DNA from: a virus
Lineage: Duplodnaviria > Heunggongvirae > Uroviricota > Caudoviricetes
Direction: 5' to 3' (one strand)
Length of the DNA stretch: 64,000 bases
IMG/VR virus record: IMGVR_UViG_651324052_000001
Location: 96,603 to 160,602 of that record
In this document: one piece after another, positions 49,601 through 59,963 of the stretch
Position numbering within the stretch: position 1 is the first letter of the stretch
Layout of the letters: each line of letters starts with the position of its first letter
Position numbers and translations under genes: made by a program
Notes under the pieces: generated by a model
Database searches by the model: none
Told to the model about the DNA's origin: nothing
The model's input: only the letters and a program-made list of their open reading frames with translations

Positions 49601-50008
49601 TTGTTTAAGAAACTAGATAATATTGGAATCCTTTGTGAATTAAGTAATCATGTAGAGAATAAATCAATGGGAATAATTGAATCTATGAAATTTGAAAAAG
49701 AGTATTTAGGATCAATTATGTACGTCAATTCCCAAGTATCTCCGCTTTATTATATGGTTACAGATTTTAAAACTTATAAAGATACAACAAAGCCATATAT
49801 TACCGCAAGGCAGATTAGAACAGGAAAGGAAGTAAAAACGAGAATTAAACAAGGCAAGATTTTTAAGGAAAACCCATTTGGACAATGGTCGGTTATCAAA
49901 GTGAACACGTTTTCACAAGAATTAAAAAAACGTCCGAATGCCGAAGGTAAGTGGGAAGTAACAGATGAGTTAGAAGATATTCTTACAGAGTATGAGGTGA
50001 TTAGGTGA
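46688..50008 (+). CDS. dnaE: DNA polymerase III alpha subunit (DnaE-type, PHP domain)
   Basis: N-terminal PHP YHLHSDLSNG...FSEHGS; GYSRGSVSGSLIAYLLGITEVDPI finger/palm motif; 1106 aa, GTG start. Confidence 0.8.
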   Translation: MEKNYVVYHLHSDLSNGVTNIDSVTKYNEYIDYAKSLGMKAMAFSEHGSVLEWVHKKNAIEKAGMKYIHAEEFYVTKELYQYPDDTELCESLLGTDPEEAQKEIEEFLEGNKFQVRDNYHCVLIAKNYEGVKEINALSSKAFVRDGHFYYQPRITFEELINTSDNILITTACIGGILASGTPDIQEDFLNFLIKNKDRCYLEIQHHCDDMQIKYNQYLAKISTQYGIPLIAGTDTHALNDEHMRGRAIMQRSKDVQFDSESAWDMTFKSYDELVVAYEKQFAIAKDVYLKAIEETNRIADRVEEFKLDYSYKYPKLYDDSLTEIKKKIATGIKWRGIDKKKNYKEYQDRVVYELKTYIHNNALDFMLLEEDYKTELRKNGVKYGYSRGSVSGSLIAYLLGITEVDPIRFNLNFERFMNEERVSLADIDSDWFKEDRWKVRQYLFNREKLHCCNIITFNTVKMKGAIKDVGRALGMTPQETQLLSNLVQEDENKHEFVDEKYRLQYSELFEYVDIVVGTITSLGRHAAGLVVAPYPVDDVFGTLYISSDEKPISQINMKEIDSLNFVKLDVLGLDCVGLIYKTCEAVGIPFLTPDNLDFNDEEVWEDIAKDTTLIFQFESDFAGSYLRDILRPQVIKKIKEKNPNLSYIDLMSMANGAIRPAGESYRTKLAAGIYRDNGNDALNKFLAPTLGFLVYQEQIIEFLHRFCGFTMGEADIVRRHFSKKTGTETDIPIIKDGGYMNNIDGKKSEHYIKGFIKTMKDDYGVDQVDAEQIIESFLQVIIDASNYLFSKNHADPYSFLGFACGYLRHYYPLETLTTALNIYASDDEKSLKIKDYIISKGYEIFPIQFRKSKAEYQFDKNSNSIYQGISSIKYCNEKIADELFELGKNSYENFFELLFDINEKTSINSKQLMILTGLNFFKEFGENKYLLKLIEYFDKFAFKKQINKKKLGELGVTEFIIKKYSGKETVTLFKKLDNIGILCELSNHVENKSMGIIESMKFEKEYLGSIMYVNSQVSPLYYMVTDFKTYKDTTKPYITARQIRTGKEVKTRIKQGKIFKENPFGQWSVIKVNTFSQELKKRPNAEGKWEVTDELEDILTEYEVIR

Positions 50009-50017
50009 TGAAAAGAT

Positions 50018-52296
50018 ATGGATAGAAAAGAAGTTAAGTTTAAATGTTCTGTAGTTAGAAAAACATATGATGGAGGGGATTTTAAAATCTATGCTGTGGA
50101 TGTAGATAAAAATAAATATCCAGATATAAAACTTACAAAATATGGAAATGTAACATTGACAGGAGAATTTCACGAACTCGGCATCGGTTCTAATTATGAA
50201 GTTACTGCTATTGAACAAATGTCAAAATATGGATATGGGTATAAGGTTCTGAATATTAAAAGAGATAAACCATCTAGTATAGAAGAAACATATGTTTTTT
50301 TGAGGGAGATTCTTACAGAAAATCAAGCGAATGTATTATGTAACGCATATCCAGATATTGTTGATATGGTAATTAACAATAGATTAAATAATATTGACTT
50401 AAGCAAAACACCAGGAATAAAAGAATATACGTTTGAAGTGATTAAAAATAAGATTGTCGAAAACTTTTGCCTGGCAGAAATTGTTACAGAGTTTCAAGGA
50501 ATGCTAACACTTTCTATGGTAAAAAAATTACATGAAAAATATGCATCTGTTCAAATGATAAAGAAAAAAATGCGAGAAGATCCTTATAAGTGTTTATGTG
50601 GATTGGCAAGAGTTGGTTTTAAAACTGCAGATTCAATTTTACTCGAACTAGAAAAAGAGTCTATGGAAAACAAGAAAAATGGAAAGAAACCAATAATAGA
50701 TTTTGATTGTGATTTAAAAACCAGTAAGCAAAGATGCTTATCGTGTGTATTGTATTTACTGGAAGAGAACGAAAATAACGGACACACCATGATGAATATT
50801 GTCGATTTGAGAAATCAATGTGTGAAATTAACCCCGGCATGTTCAAATTTATTTGTGGATTGTATCAAACATGAGAGTGTTATTTATGACAAGGATACAA
50901 TGAGTGTCGCTTTGAAATCTACATACGATACAGAACAAAGTATTGCAAATGTAATTATTGAAGGATTGAAATGCAATATAAAATGGAGTTTTGATGTAGA
51001 TAAATACAAAGTTGTAGATGATGGATGCGAATTATCAAATGAGCAGATAAAAATATTGGATTATATTTGCAAATATAACATTTGCATATTAAATGGATCA
51101 GGAGGAACTGGCAAAACATTTTCAACACAAGCTGTTATTAAAATGCTTAAAGATAATAATAAGTCATATGAGTTGTTTTCACCAACAGGCAAAGCAGCAA
51201 AAGTCTTGTCTGAAAATACTGGTGAACAAGCAAGTACAATTCATAGAGGTCTTGGATATATGCCGCCCGACAAATGGGGATATAACGAAGCAGAAAAGAT
51301 GATGTGCGATGTACTGATTGTGGATGAGTTTTCTATGGTTGATTTGCGATTATTTAAACATATTATAGATGCGATTGATTTTAAGCGTACAAAACTTCTA
51401 ATGATAGGAGACAACGCACAGCTTCCGTCTGTTTCATGCGGTAATTTGCTACATGATTTTATGCAGTCCAAAATGATACCAACTGTTACCCTTACAAAAG
51501 TATTCAGATACGGTGAGGGTGGTTTAATGAAGGTGGCTACAGATGTAAGACAATGTAAACAATATCTTAGTAATATTAATCAACAATGTACATATTTTGG
51601 AGATAATAAAGATTATGCTTTTATAAATGTCGGCTCAAACACAATTGTTAAGAATGTAATCGCTTTATATCAAAAATTACTTTTAAGTGAAAAATATAAT
51701 GTAGACGATATTCAAGTTCTTACTTCATATAAAAAGGGCGATTATGGACAAATTATAATTAATAACCAATTACAAAAAATAGCGAATAGAAATTACGGTA
51801 GCCAGGATTTTATGAAAGTTGGGGATATTACTTATTATAAAGACGATATTATCATACAAAATACTAATAACTATCATGCACGGATTTTCTATGAAGAAGT
51901 TTTTGTTCCAGATGATATGCCAAAAGAGACGTTTATTGCGAATGGTGAAACAGGAAAAATAAAAAAATAGATCAAAATAAAGTCATTATCGAATTTGATG
52001 ATGTGTTAGTAGAATACGATAGAAATGCAATGCAAATGTGCGGATTAGGATATTGTATCACAATTCACAAATCTCAAGGAAGTAGTATTAAAGTGGTATT
52101 GTTAATCACTCCTGCTGCACATACATATATGTTAAATTCGAATCTAATTTATGTGGGTTTAACAAGAATGAAAGAAAGATGTTTTCATTTTGGAGATACA
52201 ACAACTGTGAATAGAGCTATTAAGAAAAAGGCTAATTTATCGAGAAATACGTTTATGCAAAAAATGTTAAGAAGAGGAGTCGATAATCATGAATAA
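50018..52296 (+). CDS. SF1 RecD/Dda-like DNA helicase, frame-disrupted at an A7 tract (51961-51967)
   Basis: NGSGGTGKTF (motif I), LIVDEFSM (motif II); motif VI ITIHKSQGS lies in the following ORF 52003..52296, whose frame is open back through the A-run. Confidence 0.7.
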
Positions 52297-52546
52297 ATTT
52301 GAAGCATCTCTACTTATTGGATCATCAATACTGATTATTCTGTATATTGTAGGAGCGGTTTTGAATTCCATTGTTACATCAAAAAGAAATCAAACCTATC
52401 AAGAATATACAGAAATTATTCGGAAACAAAATTTATTACTTAAAGAAGATATAAATCTAACAAATAAGATCTTAAAATTGCTCTCAGATAAGATATGTGA
52501 AGATAAAAAAGAAAATGATAGTTACAAACAGGAGGAAAAAAGATGA
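52289..52546 (+). CDS. small membrane protein
   Basis: N-terminal TM; ATGA overlap. Confidence 0.4.
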   Translation: MNKFEASLLIGSSILIILYIVGAVLNSIVTSKRNQTYQEYTEIIRKQNLLLKEDINLTNKILKLLSDKICEDKKENDSYKQEEKR

Positions 52547-52845
52547 AGAAAATGATTAATGAATTAAGAAATATTATTAGTAACGATTGTGATTTTACCC
52601 TAGATATTAATCCAGTTGATTTCCGGATTAATATTTCAAGAGAAATGTGGGAAGAGAATACATTCTCTGTGGTATATTCCGGTATGTCTGAATCGCCGTA
52701 TTTAGATATTGATAGTTATGATGAAGAAATTCAATACAACCTAAACTTACATATGATCAAAAATATTTTAAATGTTATGAACTGGATGAACGAAAATCTC
52801 GAAGAGATTAATCAGTGCATTCATTCGTGCGGAAAGGCGGTGTAA
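52543..52845 (+). CDS. hypothetical protein
   Basis: 100 aa. Confidence 0.45.
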   Translation: MKKMINELRNIISNDCDFTLDINPVDFRINISREMWEENTFSVVYSGMSESPYLDIDSYDEEIQYNLNLHMIKNILNVMNWMNENLEEINQCIHSCGKAV

Positions 52846-52851
52846 ATTTAC

Positions 52852-53064
52852 TTGATTACGACTACGAGACAAGCTATTGCAGCGTTACAGCAAATTGAAA
52901 AGGAAAGCGGAGAAAAATTTTTAGTAGTAGTAGATGAGTATGACAATGAATATCAGATTGAATATGTGAAAAGGCATAATTTACATTCTGATAATCCATA
53001 TGATTTTTGTCATGCGTTAAAAATTAAAGGAAATCACATGGGCTGTATTAAGAGGAGTGTTTAG
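52852..53064 (+). CDS. hypothetical protein
   Basis: 70 aa. Confidence 0.4.
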   Translation: MITTTRQAIAALQQIEKESGEKFLVVVDEYDNEYQIEYVKRHNLHSDNPYDFCHALKIKGNHMGCIKRSV

Positions 53065-53488
53065 GTCAACTACCCACGACCTAAAGGCCATGGGCTTGTA
53101 ACTGCCCAGTCGTACTAACGACTTACGTCTCCGACCTTTAACCCCAATAGATATTGCTATCTAAAGTGGCGTTACATCATAGGGTGGTTGACAACACCCT
53201 TTACGGATAAGATATGCTCATCTGTAACTGTATCAGGTACTAAACTTCCCATGCCATACAGTAATAATGTCTTTACGATTAAGATTTTACGCAGTACACG
53301 AATTTCGTATTGCAACCTCATATCTTGTCAATGTATAAAAGAGTGCCTTGATGAGCAGCACATCGAACGGTTTTCTCTTTAAGAACTGCTACAGTCAGTG
53401 TAGCATATTTAACAACAATCAACAAGGCTCCTCCCGCCACCTAAAGGTAGTGGGTTTCCGCCTATGACAAACGAAAGGATTTAAAATT
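53065..53488 (+). other. GC-rich ORF-free structured region (candidate ncRNA or regulatory leader)
   Basis: Several perfect hairpins (53135-53150, 53176-53195, 53388-53406), direct repeats ACCTAAAGG (53079, 53439) and CTTTACGrwTAAGAT (53198, 53271), no credible ORF. Confidence 0.3.
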
Positions 53489-54320
53489 ATGAAGTCATGT
53501 AAAGATTATGCTATCGAATGTAAAGCACAATTAAAAAAGAAATTGAATCAAAAGAAAATTGTTATACAGACAACCTGTTTTGGCAGTCGTGCAGATCGGG
53601 GACGATGCGGCAAGTTCTTCTTATATAAAAGGAAAGCTTAAAGATTGCGAAGAGGTTGGAATGATTTGTAGACATATTCATTTAGGAGAAAAGGAAAATG
53701 ATACATATAGTGTCTCGAAGATTTTATTAGAGTTAAGTGAAGATGTTGATTATGACGGGATTATTCTTCAACTTCCTATTCCTGATAAATTTGACTTACC
53801 TGTTTTACAAAATTGTATCTCATCAGAAAAAGATGTGGATGGATTTAGAAAAGATAGCTTATTTGATCCGTGTACACCAAAAGGAATTATCGAATGGCTG
53901 GATGATAACAAATATGATTTTGAAGGAAAAAGGGCTATTGTAATCGGGAGAAGTAATATCGTAGGCAAGCCACTCGTTAATATGCTTATTGAAAAGGGAG
54001 CTACGGTTACAAGTTGTAACAGTAAAACCCAAAATTTAAAAGAATACACAGGTAATGCAGATTTAGTCATTCCTGCAATTGGGAAGCCAAAATTTTTCTC
54101 GAGTTCTTACTTCTATACAAATCAGGTAATTATTGATGTAGGAATTAATAGAGATGAAAATGGAAAATTGTGGGGAGATGTTGATTACGATGATGTTCGA
54201 AGATGGGGAAATACATATGTGACACCTGTTCCAGGAGGTGTTGGATTGCTTACTAGAATAGCTTTGCTGCAAAATACATTTGAAGCTTATAGAAGGAAAA
54301 TTGAAGGAGGGTTGAATTAG
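53489..54320 (+). CDS. folD: bifunctional methylene-THF dehydrogenase/cyclohydrolase FolD (N-terminal about 23 aa in a different frame)
   Basis: LAVVQIGDDAAS, KDVDGF, PCTPKG, GRSNIVGKP, TPVPGGVG; ATG 53489 with AAAGGA RBS reads MKSCKDYAIECKAQLKKKLNQKK, then the frames switch near 53547-53560. Confidence 0.7.
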
Positions 54321-54349
54321 GAAATAATTAGTAAAAGGAGAAACAATAG

Positions 54350-55237
54350 ATGATTAATAGAGCAACCAGTTATTTTGTGAATGATGTTGAAAATATTTTA
54401 AAGTGTGGATATAAAGATGAGAATCCTAGACCTAAATATAAAGATGGATCACCGGCATATACAATTTCAGTAAACCAAAATATGCGTATGTATGATTTGT
54501 CAAAAGGAGAATTTCCTATTAATACACTAAGACCTATCCCTTGGAAAAGTGCTATTAAAGAAATCTTTTGGATTTATCAAGAAGCAAGTAATAACTTAGA
54601 AATATTAAACAATAAATATAACATTAAATATTGGAATGATTGGCAATCAAAAGATGTGCCAAATACAATTGGTCAAAGATATGGTGCAACTGTAAAAAGA
54701 TATGATTTAGTAAAAAATCTCATAAAAAGCATTAATGAAGATCCGTTCGGTAGGCACAAAATTATGAATCTTTGGCAAGAAAAAGATTTGCAAGAAACGG
54801 ATGGTTTATTACCATGTGCATTCTTAACTATGTGGAGTGTTAGAAAAAATTTGGAAGGAAAGAATTTTCTCGATATGACATTGATTCAGCGCTCAGGAGA
54901 TATGTTAGCCGCAAGTGGAGGAGGCGGGGTAAATGAAGTACAGTATGCTGCATTGCTTATGATGATTGCAAGACATTGTGATTTACTTCCTGGTGTGTTT
55001 GTTCATTTTGTTCAGAACGAACAAATTTATGACAGACATATTGATCAAGCGGGAGAGATGAGGCGGAGATATATAAATATGACTATGGATGAATTTTATC
55101 ATGAATACGAACATAAAGTTCCTATGCTTGTATTAAAAGATGAGGCAAAAGACTTTTATTCTATGACAATTGATGATTTTGAAATGATTGACTACGAGCC
55201 GATTAAACCACAGATTAAATTTGAGCTTGGAATTTAA
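54350..55237 (+). CDS. thyA: thymidylate synthase (ThyA) family enzyme with non-canonical active-site neighbourhood
   Basis: LIQRSGDM, VNEVQYAALL, catalytic Cys in LLPCAFL (canonical PPCH); QNEQIY in place of GDTHLY. Confidence 0.7.
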   Translation: MINRATSYFVNDVENILKCGYKDENPRPKYKDGSPAYTISVNQNMRMYDLSKGEFPINTLRPIPWKSAIKEIFWIYQEASNNLEILNNKYNIKYWNDWQSKDVPNTIGQRYGATVKRYDLVKNLIKSINEDPFGRHKIMNLWQEKDLQETDGLLPCAFLTMWSVRKNLEGKNFLDMTLIQRSGDMLAASGGGGVNEVQYAALLMMIARHCDLLPGVFVHFVQNEQIYDRHIDQAGEMRRRYINMTMDEFYHEYEHKVPMLVLKDEAKDFYSMTIDDFEMIDYEPIKPQIKFELGI

Positions 55238-55256
55238 CTAGATAAAGGAGAAATCT

Positions 55257-55809
55257 ATGCTTATATTACTAGGTAAAACAGCAAGCGGGAAAGACACCGT
55301 TTTAAATAAGCTTGTAAGAGAACATGGGTACAAAAAAATTGTCACTTATACGACAAGACCTAAACGAAAAAAAGAAATTCAGGATGTAACATATCACTTT
55401 ATTAGTGAGTGTGGATTTAAAGAAAAAATACAATCGGGTTTCTTCATGGAATATAAAGAATATCATTCTGTACAAGGAACATGGTATTACGGATCTGCAA
55501 AAGAAGATTATGAAATGTCTGATGAAAAAACGGTAATTATTTTGACACCAGACGGATACCGAGATTTTTTTAAGAGAATGTTCTAATGTGGATCATACGT
55601 CAGTTTACTTATATTCGAATAACAAAACTCTTGAGAATAGACTTATTAAACGAGGAGATGATCCTAAAGAGACAAAAAGAAGATTGGATTCAGATAATAA
55701 AGACTTTAAAGGCGTTCAAGGTTTGGTTCATAAGATTGTTTATAACAATGAGAATAATTCGCCTGATGAGGTTGTAAATAAGATTTTAGAATATGTGACT
55801 GAAAAATAA
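55257..55809 (+). CDS. guanylate-kinase-like nucleoside-monophosphate kinase, split at a T7 tract (55565-55571)
   Basis: GKTASGKDT P-loop, TTRPKR, YHFISECGF; the C-terminal half (55588..55809) is in the +1 frame. Confidence 0.6.
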
Positions 55810-55864
55810 CAGGAGTTATTGTTGTAATCATAAAACGTTAAACATATAAAAGGAGGAAACTTTA

Positions 55865-58036
55865 TTGAAGGTAATTAAAAGAGATTGTACAGAGGTTAAG
55901 TTTGAAAAAAGAAAAATTACTAATGCAATTTTGAAGGCAATGAAAAATGGATCTGGAATTATTAAACCTAAAATTGCTGAAGCTATTGCCGATGAAATTT
56001 ATGAAGAATGTAAAGAGAAAGATGAAGTTGATATTTCTTATATTGAAGAATTAGTATACGACAAACTTATTACAAAGAAGCAGCGTTTAACTGCAAAAGC
56101 TTATGAGGGGTATCGCTGTGTAAGAGAATTTCAGAGAGAAAATATGAACACAACAGACGAGCAAATTTCAGAGCTTTTAAGTGGATCGAGTGATTACTGG
56201 AATAATGAGAATTCAAATAAAAATCCTAAATTGCTTACGACACAAAGAGATTATATGGCAGGAATTTTAAGCACTGATATTACAAGGCGATTTTTACTTC
56301 CTCCAGAAATTGTACAAGCACATGATGAAGGTATGATTCATTTTCATGACGCGGATTATTACGCTCAGAATGCAATTTCAAACTGTTGTTTAATCAACCT
56401 AGAAGATATGTTGCAGAATGGTACATGTATTAACAAGGTGACGATTGATAAGCCACATAGATTAATTACAGCAACTACAATTGCTACACAAATCATAACA
56501 GCCGTTACGTCAAGCCAGTATGGAGGGGCGACAATTACATTAACACACTTAGCACCATTTGTAAGGGATAGTTTTAATATCTATATGGAGAAATATAAAA
56601 ATAGAGGATTGTCCTATCAGCAATGTCTTGAATTTTCAAGAGAAGATATTAAAAAAGAAATTTCCGATTCGGTGCAAACATTTAATTATCAAGTCAATTC
56701 TATGACGACAACGAATGGACAATCTCCATTTCTCAGCGTATTTATGTATCTTGGAGAAACCGAAGAATACAAAGAAGAACTTGCCATGCTGATTGAAGAG
56801 TTCTTAAAACAAAGAATTCAGGGGTTGAAAAATGAAGAGGGCGTTTATGTCACACAAGCCTTTCCAAAGCTGTTGTATGTATTAGAACCATGTAATATTG
56901 ACGAAAATGGAAGTTACTTTTATTTAACAAAATTAGCAGCAGAATGTACAGCTAAGAGGATGGTTCCTGATTATATTTCTGAAAAGGTTATGCTTGAAAA
57001 TAAGATTGATAAAAATGGCAACGGGCATGTTTATGGATGCATGGGCTGCAGGAGCTTCCTGACTCCATATATCAATAAAAAAGGCAATCCTCAGTATTAT
57101 GGAAGATTTAATCAAGGGGTTGTTACATTAAATCTTGTAGACATCGCATTGTCATCTGGTGGCGATTTCGATTCTTTCTGGACAATTTTTGATGAAAGAG
57201 CAGAACTGTGTCATAAAGCATTACGTCTTAGACATGAAAGATTAGAAGGAACTTTATCAGACGTAGCTCCTGTTTTATACCAAGACGGAGCATTTGCAAG
57301 ACTCAAAAAAGGAGAAAAGATTGACGAGCTTTTACATAATGGATACTCAACAATTTCTCTTGGATATGCCGGGTTGTACGAATGTGTGAAATTCATGACC
57401 GGTAATTCTCATACTGATTGTGGAACTGGAACATCGTTTGGATTAGAAGTTATGAGCAAGCTTAATGATAAATGTAGTGAATGGAAAGGAAAAGAAAACA
57501 TTGATTACAGTTTATATGGCAGTCCTATTGAATCAACAACATATAAATTTGCCAAATGTTTAAAGAAAAGATTTGGAGTAATTGATGGAATTACAGATAG
57601 AGACTATATTACAAATTCATATCATGTTCCTGTATTTGAAGAGATTGATCCGTTTGAGAAATTAGAATTAGAGAGTAAATTTCAGAAGTTAAGTCCGGGT
57701 GGTGCGATCAGCTATGTAGAATGTGCAGATCTAACTAAAAATACAGATGTAGTAATTGAAATTATGAAATTCATTTATGAGCATATCATGTATGCGGAGT
57801 TAAATACTAAATCTGATTATTGTCAGGAATGTGGTTATGACGGTGAGATTAAAATTATTGGTGAAGATGGAGAGCTTATCTGGGAATGCCCGAATTGTGG
57901 TAACAGAAATAAAGATAAGATGAATGTAACTAGAAGAACATGTGGATATATTGGTACAAATTTCTGGAATCAAGGAAGAACAGAAGAAATCAAAGAAAGA
58001 TATGTTCATGTAGACGACCATGAAGCGGAGGTATAA
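55865..58036 (+). CDS. nrdD: anaerobic ribonucleoside-triphosphate reductase (class III) NrdD
   Basis: 723 aa; C-terminal CPNCG zinc ribbon and glycyl-radical motif RRTCGYIGT; TTG start after AGGAGG. Confidence 0.85.
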   Translation: MKVIKRDCTEVKFEKRKITNAILKAMKNGSGIIKPKIAEAIADEIYEECKEKDEVDISYIEELVYDKLITKKQRLTAKAYEGYRCVREFQRENMNTTDEQISELLSGSSDYWNNENSNKNPKLLTTQRDYMAGILSTDITRRFLLPPEIVQAHDEGMIHFHDADYYAQNAISNCCLINLEDMLQNGTCINKVTIDKPHRLITATTIATQIITAVTSSQYGGATITLTHLAPFVRDSFNIYMEKYKNRGLSYQQCLEFSREDIKKEISDSVQTFNYQVNSMTTTNGQSPFLSVFMYLGETEEYKEELAMLIEEFLKQRIQGLKNEEGVYVTQAFPKLLYVLEPCNIDENGSYFYLTKLAAECTAKRMVPDYISEKVMLENKIDKNGNGHVYGCMGCRSFLTPYINKKGNPQYYGRFNQGVVTLNLVDIALSSGGDFDSFWTIFDERAELCHKALRLRHERLEGTLSDVAPVLYQDGAFARLKKGEKIDELLHNGYSTISLGYAGLYECVKFMTGNSHTDCGTGTSFGLEVMSKLNDKCSEWKGKENIDYSLYGSPIESTTYKFAKCLKKRFGVIDGITDRDYITNSYHVPVFEEIDPFEKLELESKFQKLSPGGAISYVECADLTKNTDVVIEIMKFIYEHIMYAELNTKSDYCQECGYDGEIKIIGEDGELIWECPNCGNRNKDKMNVTRRTCGYIGTNFWNQGRTEEIKERYVHVDDHEAEV

Positions 58037-58039
58037 ATA

Positions 58040-58684
58040 GTGAGATATGCATCAATAAGGAAGCTTGACATTTCCAACGGAGAGGGTATTGGTGCATCTC
58101 TCTTCGTTCAAGGATGTCATTTTCATTGTAAGAATTGTTTTAATAAGAATACGTGGGATTTTAATGGAGGCAAAGAGTGGACAAAAGATGTTAAGAAAAA
58201 ATTTATGCAATTAACGGAATCGTCATACATAAAAAGAGTTAGCATTCTCGGAGGAGAACCACTCGCAAATGAAAATCTTAAAGATGTTTTAGACTTGATT
58301 GTAGAATTGCGTTTGAAATATCCTATAGTAGGGAAAATAGATACAATATATAGTGATAAATACGATTTTAAACACAATATATTGATTGAAAATTCGAATG
58401 AAATTCGTCTTTCATATCCACAAAAAACAATCTGGTTGTATACAGGATACACATGGGAACAGATTGTGAACCCAGTTGTTACGGATGATTTTAACTCGGA
58501 GAGAGATAAACTTTTAAAAATGAGACGAGATATTGTGGAGCAGTGTGATGTTCTCGTAGATGGAAGGTACGAAGAAGATAAGCGAGATATAACATACCAC
58601 TGGGCGGGCAGTACAAACCAGAGAGTAATTGATGTGCAGGAATCATTAAAACAAAAACAGGTGGTTTTATGGAAGGACAAGTAA
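58040..58684 (+). CDS. nrdG: anaerobic RNR activating protein NrdG (radical SAM)
   Basis: CHFHCKNC CxxxCxxC cluster; immediately downstream of nrdD. Confidence 0.8.
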   Translation: MRYASIRKLDISNGEGIGASLFVQGCHFHCKNCFNKNTWDFNGGKEWTKDVKKKFMQLTESSYIKRVSILGGEPLANENLKDVLDLIVELRLKYPIVGKIDTIYSDKYDFKHNILIENSNEIRLSYPQKTIWLYTGYTWEQIVNPVVTDDFNSERDKLLKMRRDIVEQCDVLVDGRYEEDKRDITYHWAGSTNQRVIDVQESLKQKQVVLWKDK

Positions 58685-58941
58685 ATAAGAAAGATAGATT
58701 ATATTTTGCGAGAATTATTCCATCAGTAGGTATTTATGATGTATGTGATGTAATTGTAAGAACGGCGACAAACCAATTGTCTGTCGCCTGTGATAAAAAA
58801 GATAAACATGCCTATCTATTTTCTAATAAAGAATTAGATAAAACCGTGTTTAAGTCACGATTAGAAGCTTTAGAAAAAGTAACTGAAGCTGAAAAGAATA
58901 AGAGAATTATTAATGAAGATACATATTATGAAGAATTTTAG
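58669..58941 (+). CDS. hypothetical protein
   Basis: 90 aa. Confidence 0.45.
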   Translation: MEGQVNKKDRLYFARIIPSVGIYDVCDVIVRTATNQLSVACDKKDKHAYLFSNKELDKTVFKSRLEALEKVTEAEKNKRIINEDTYYEEF

Positions 58942-58952
58942 GAGGTAAATGA

Positions 58953-59636
58953 TTGGCAGCATATCTTATGAAATACAAAGGGATTTATAGGTTAATGGCA
59001 CATATTGATCAGAATACAAATGATTTTCCTCGTGATGAAAGAGGGAATATTGATTCTGATGACGTGTATATCAAGTGTGCTTATGGAAATCAGATTTATC
59101 ATTATGGGCGTTCTACATTGATGGCGTATATCCCCTCCACTGCAAGAGGACATAATATTCTACGGGCATTGGGAAAAGAGTTGTGTGGACTTGAAGATAG
59201 AATTCCGTATGATGAACTATATTCACTATTGGAGCAACAAGGTAAAATTTGGGATATTGTAGAAAATGACAAAGAGATTGAATTTAAATTTTCTGCAAAA
59301 GATATTGAGCTGATTGCCAAATATTTGAAACCGCAAACTGGAGGTGCAAATATTAGCCCATTTAGCAGCAGGAATTTGCCTAAAAGAAAGTATGATATAG
59401 ACTTGACAGATTTGAAAGAATATAGAGAAATAATCAATAAAATTCCGAAAGGTAACATTCTTATCATAAAGAATCTGACGAGCCAATTTTTGAATGATAT
59501 TTTGAAAAAAGATAAAGTGTATAGACGAGTAGATATTAATGCTGATATGAAAAAGAAGATGTTAAAAGGGAAAGAATATATTCATTATATTGGTAAATGG
59601 AATGATTACATTAAATTTCTGAAGGAGAATATTTAG
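58953..59636 (+). CDS. hypothetical protein
   Basis: 227 aa; GGAGG RBS. Confidence 0.5.
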   Translation: MAAYLMKYKGIYRLMAHIDQNTNDFPRDERGNIDSDDVYIKCAYGNQIYHYGRSTLMAYIPSTARGHNILRALGKELCGLEDRIPYDELYSLLEQQGKIWDIVENDKEIEFKFSAKDIELIAKYLKPQTGGANISPFSSRNLPKRKYDIDLTDLKEYREIINKIPKGNILIIKNLTSQFLNDILKKDKVYRRVDINADMKKKMLKGKEYIHYIGKWNDYIKFLKENI

Positions 59637-59960
59637 ATGAAAGAATATAGACTACATAAGGACTGTACACACGAACTGTTGATTAAAAATAAATTTAAAA
59701 AATATGGACAAGTTTATAGGCTTAATGTTCCCTTATATGAATATAAAAACTATCCAACCGTATCGGCTGAATTTCAAATTAGTCTTCCAAATACATTTGA
59801 ATACGAAGTAGTTGACAACAACTCAGAGAATATCTATGTATCATTTTACAACCCGACAGAAGCAGATAAAAAGAATAATTTAGTATTGAAAAGGGTAAAA
59901 AGGAATTTAAAAAAGAAGTTAAAAGAACTATCAGAATTAGGAATTATTCAGGAGGTATAA
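59637..59960 (+). CDS. hypothetical protein
   Basis: 107 aa. Confidence 0.45.
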   Translation: MKEYRLHKDCTHELLIKNKFKKYGQVYRLNVPLYEYKNYPTVSAEFQISLPNTFEYEVVDNNSENIYVSFYNPTEADKKNNLVLKRVKRNLKKKLKELSELGIIQEV

Positions 59961-59963
59961 CAA

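Noticed and set aside
53188-53382. 64-aa + strand ORF inside the GC-rich region
   Set aside because: GTG start without RBS, low-complexity product, and it lies across several perfect hairpins. More likely non-coding.
53065-53488. Group I intron interrupting folD or the upstream gene
   Set aside because: No exon pair can be joined across the region: the upstream 70-aa ORF is unrelated to FolD, and the FolD N-terminus is encoded downstream at 53489. I could not identify P/Q/R/S core elements with confidence.
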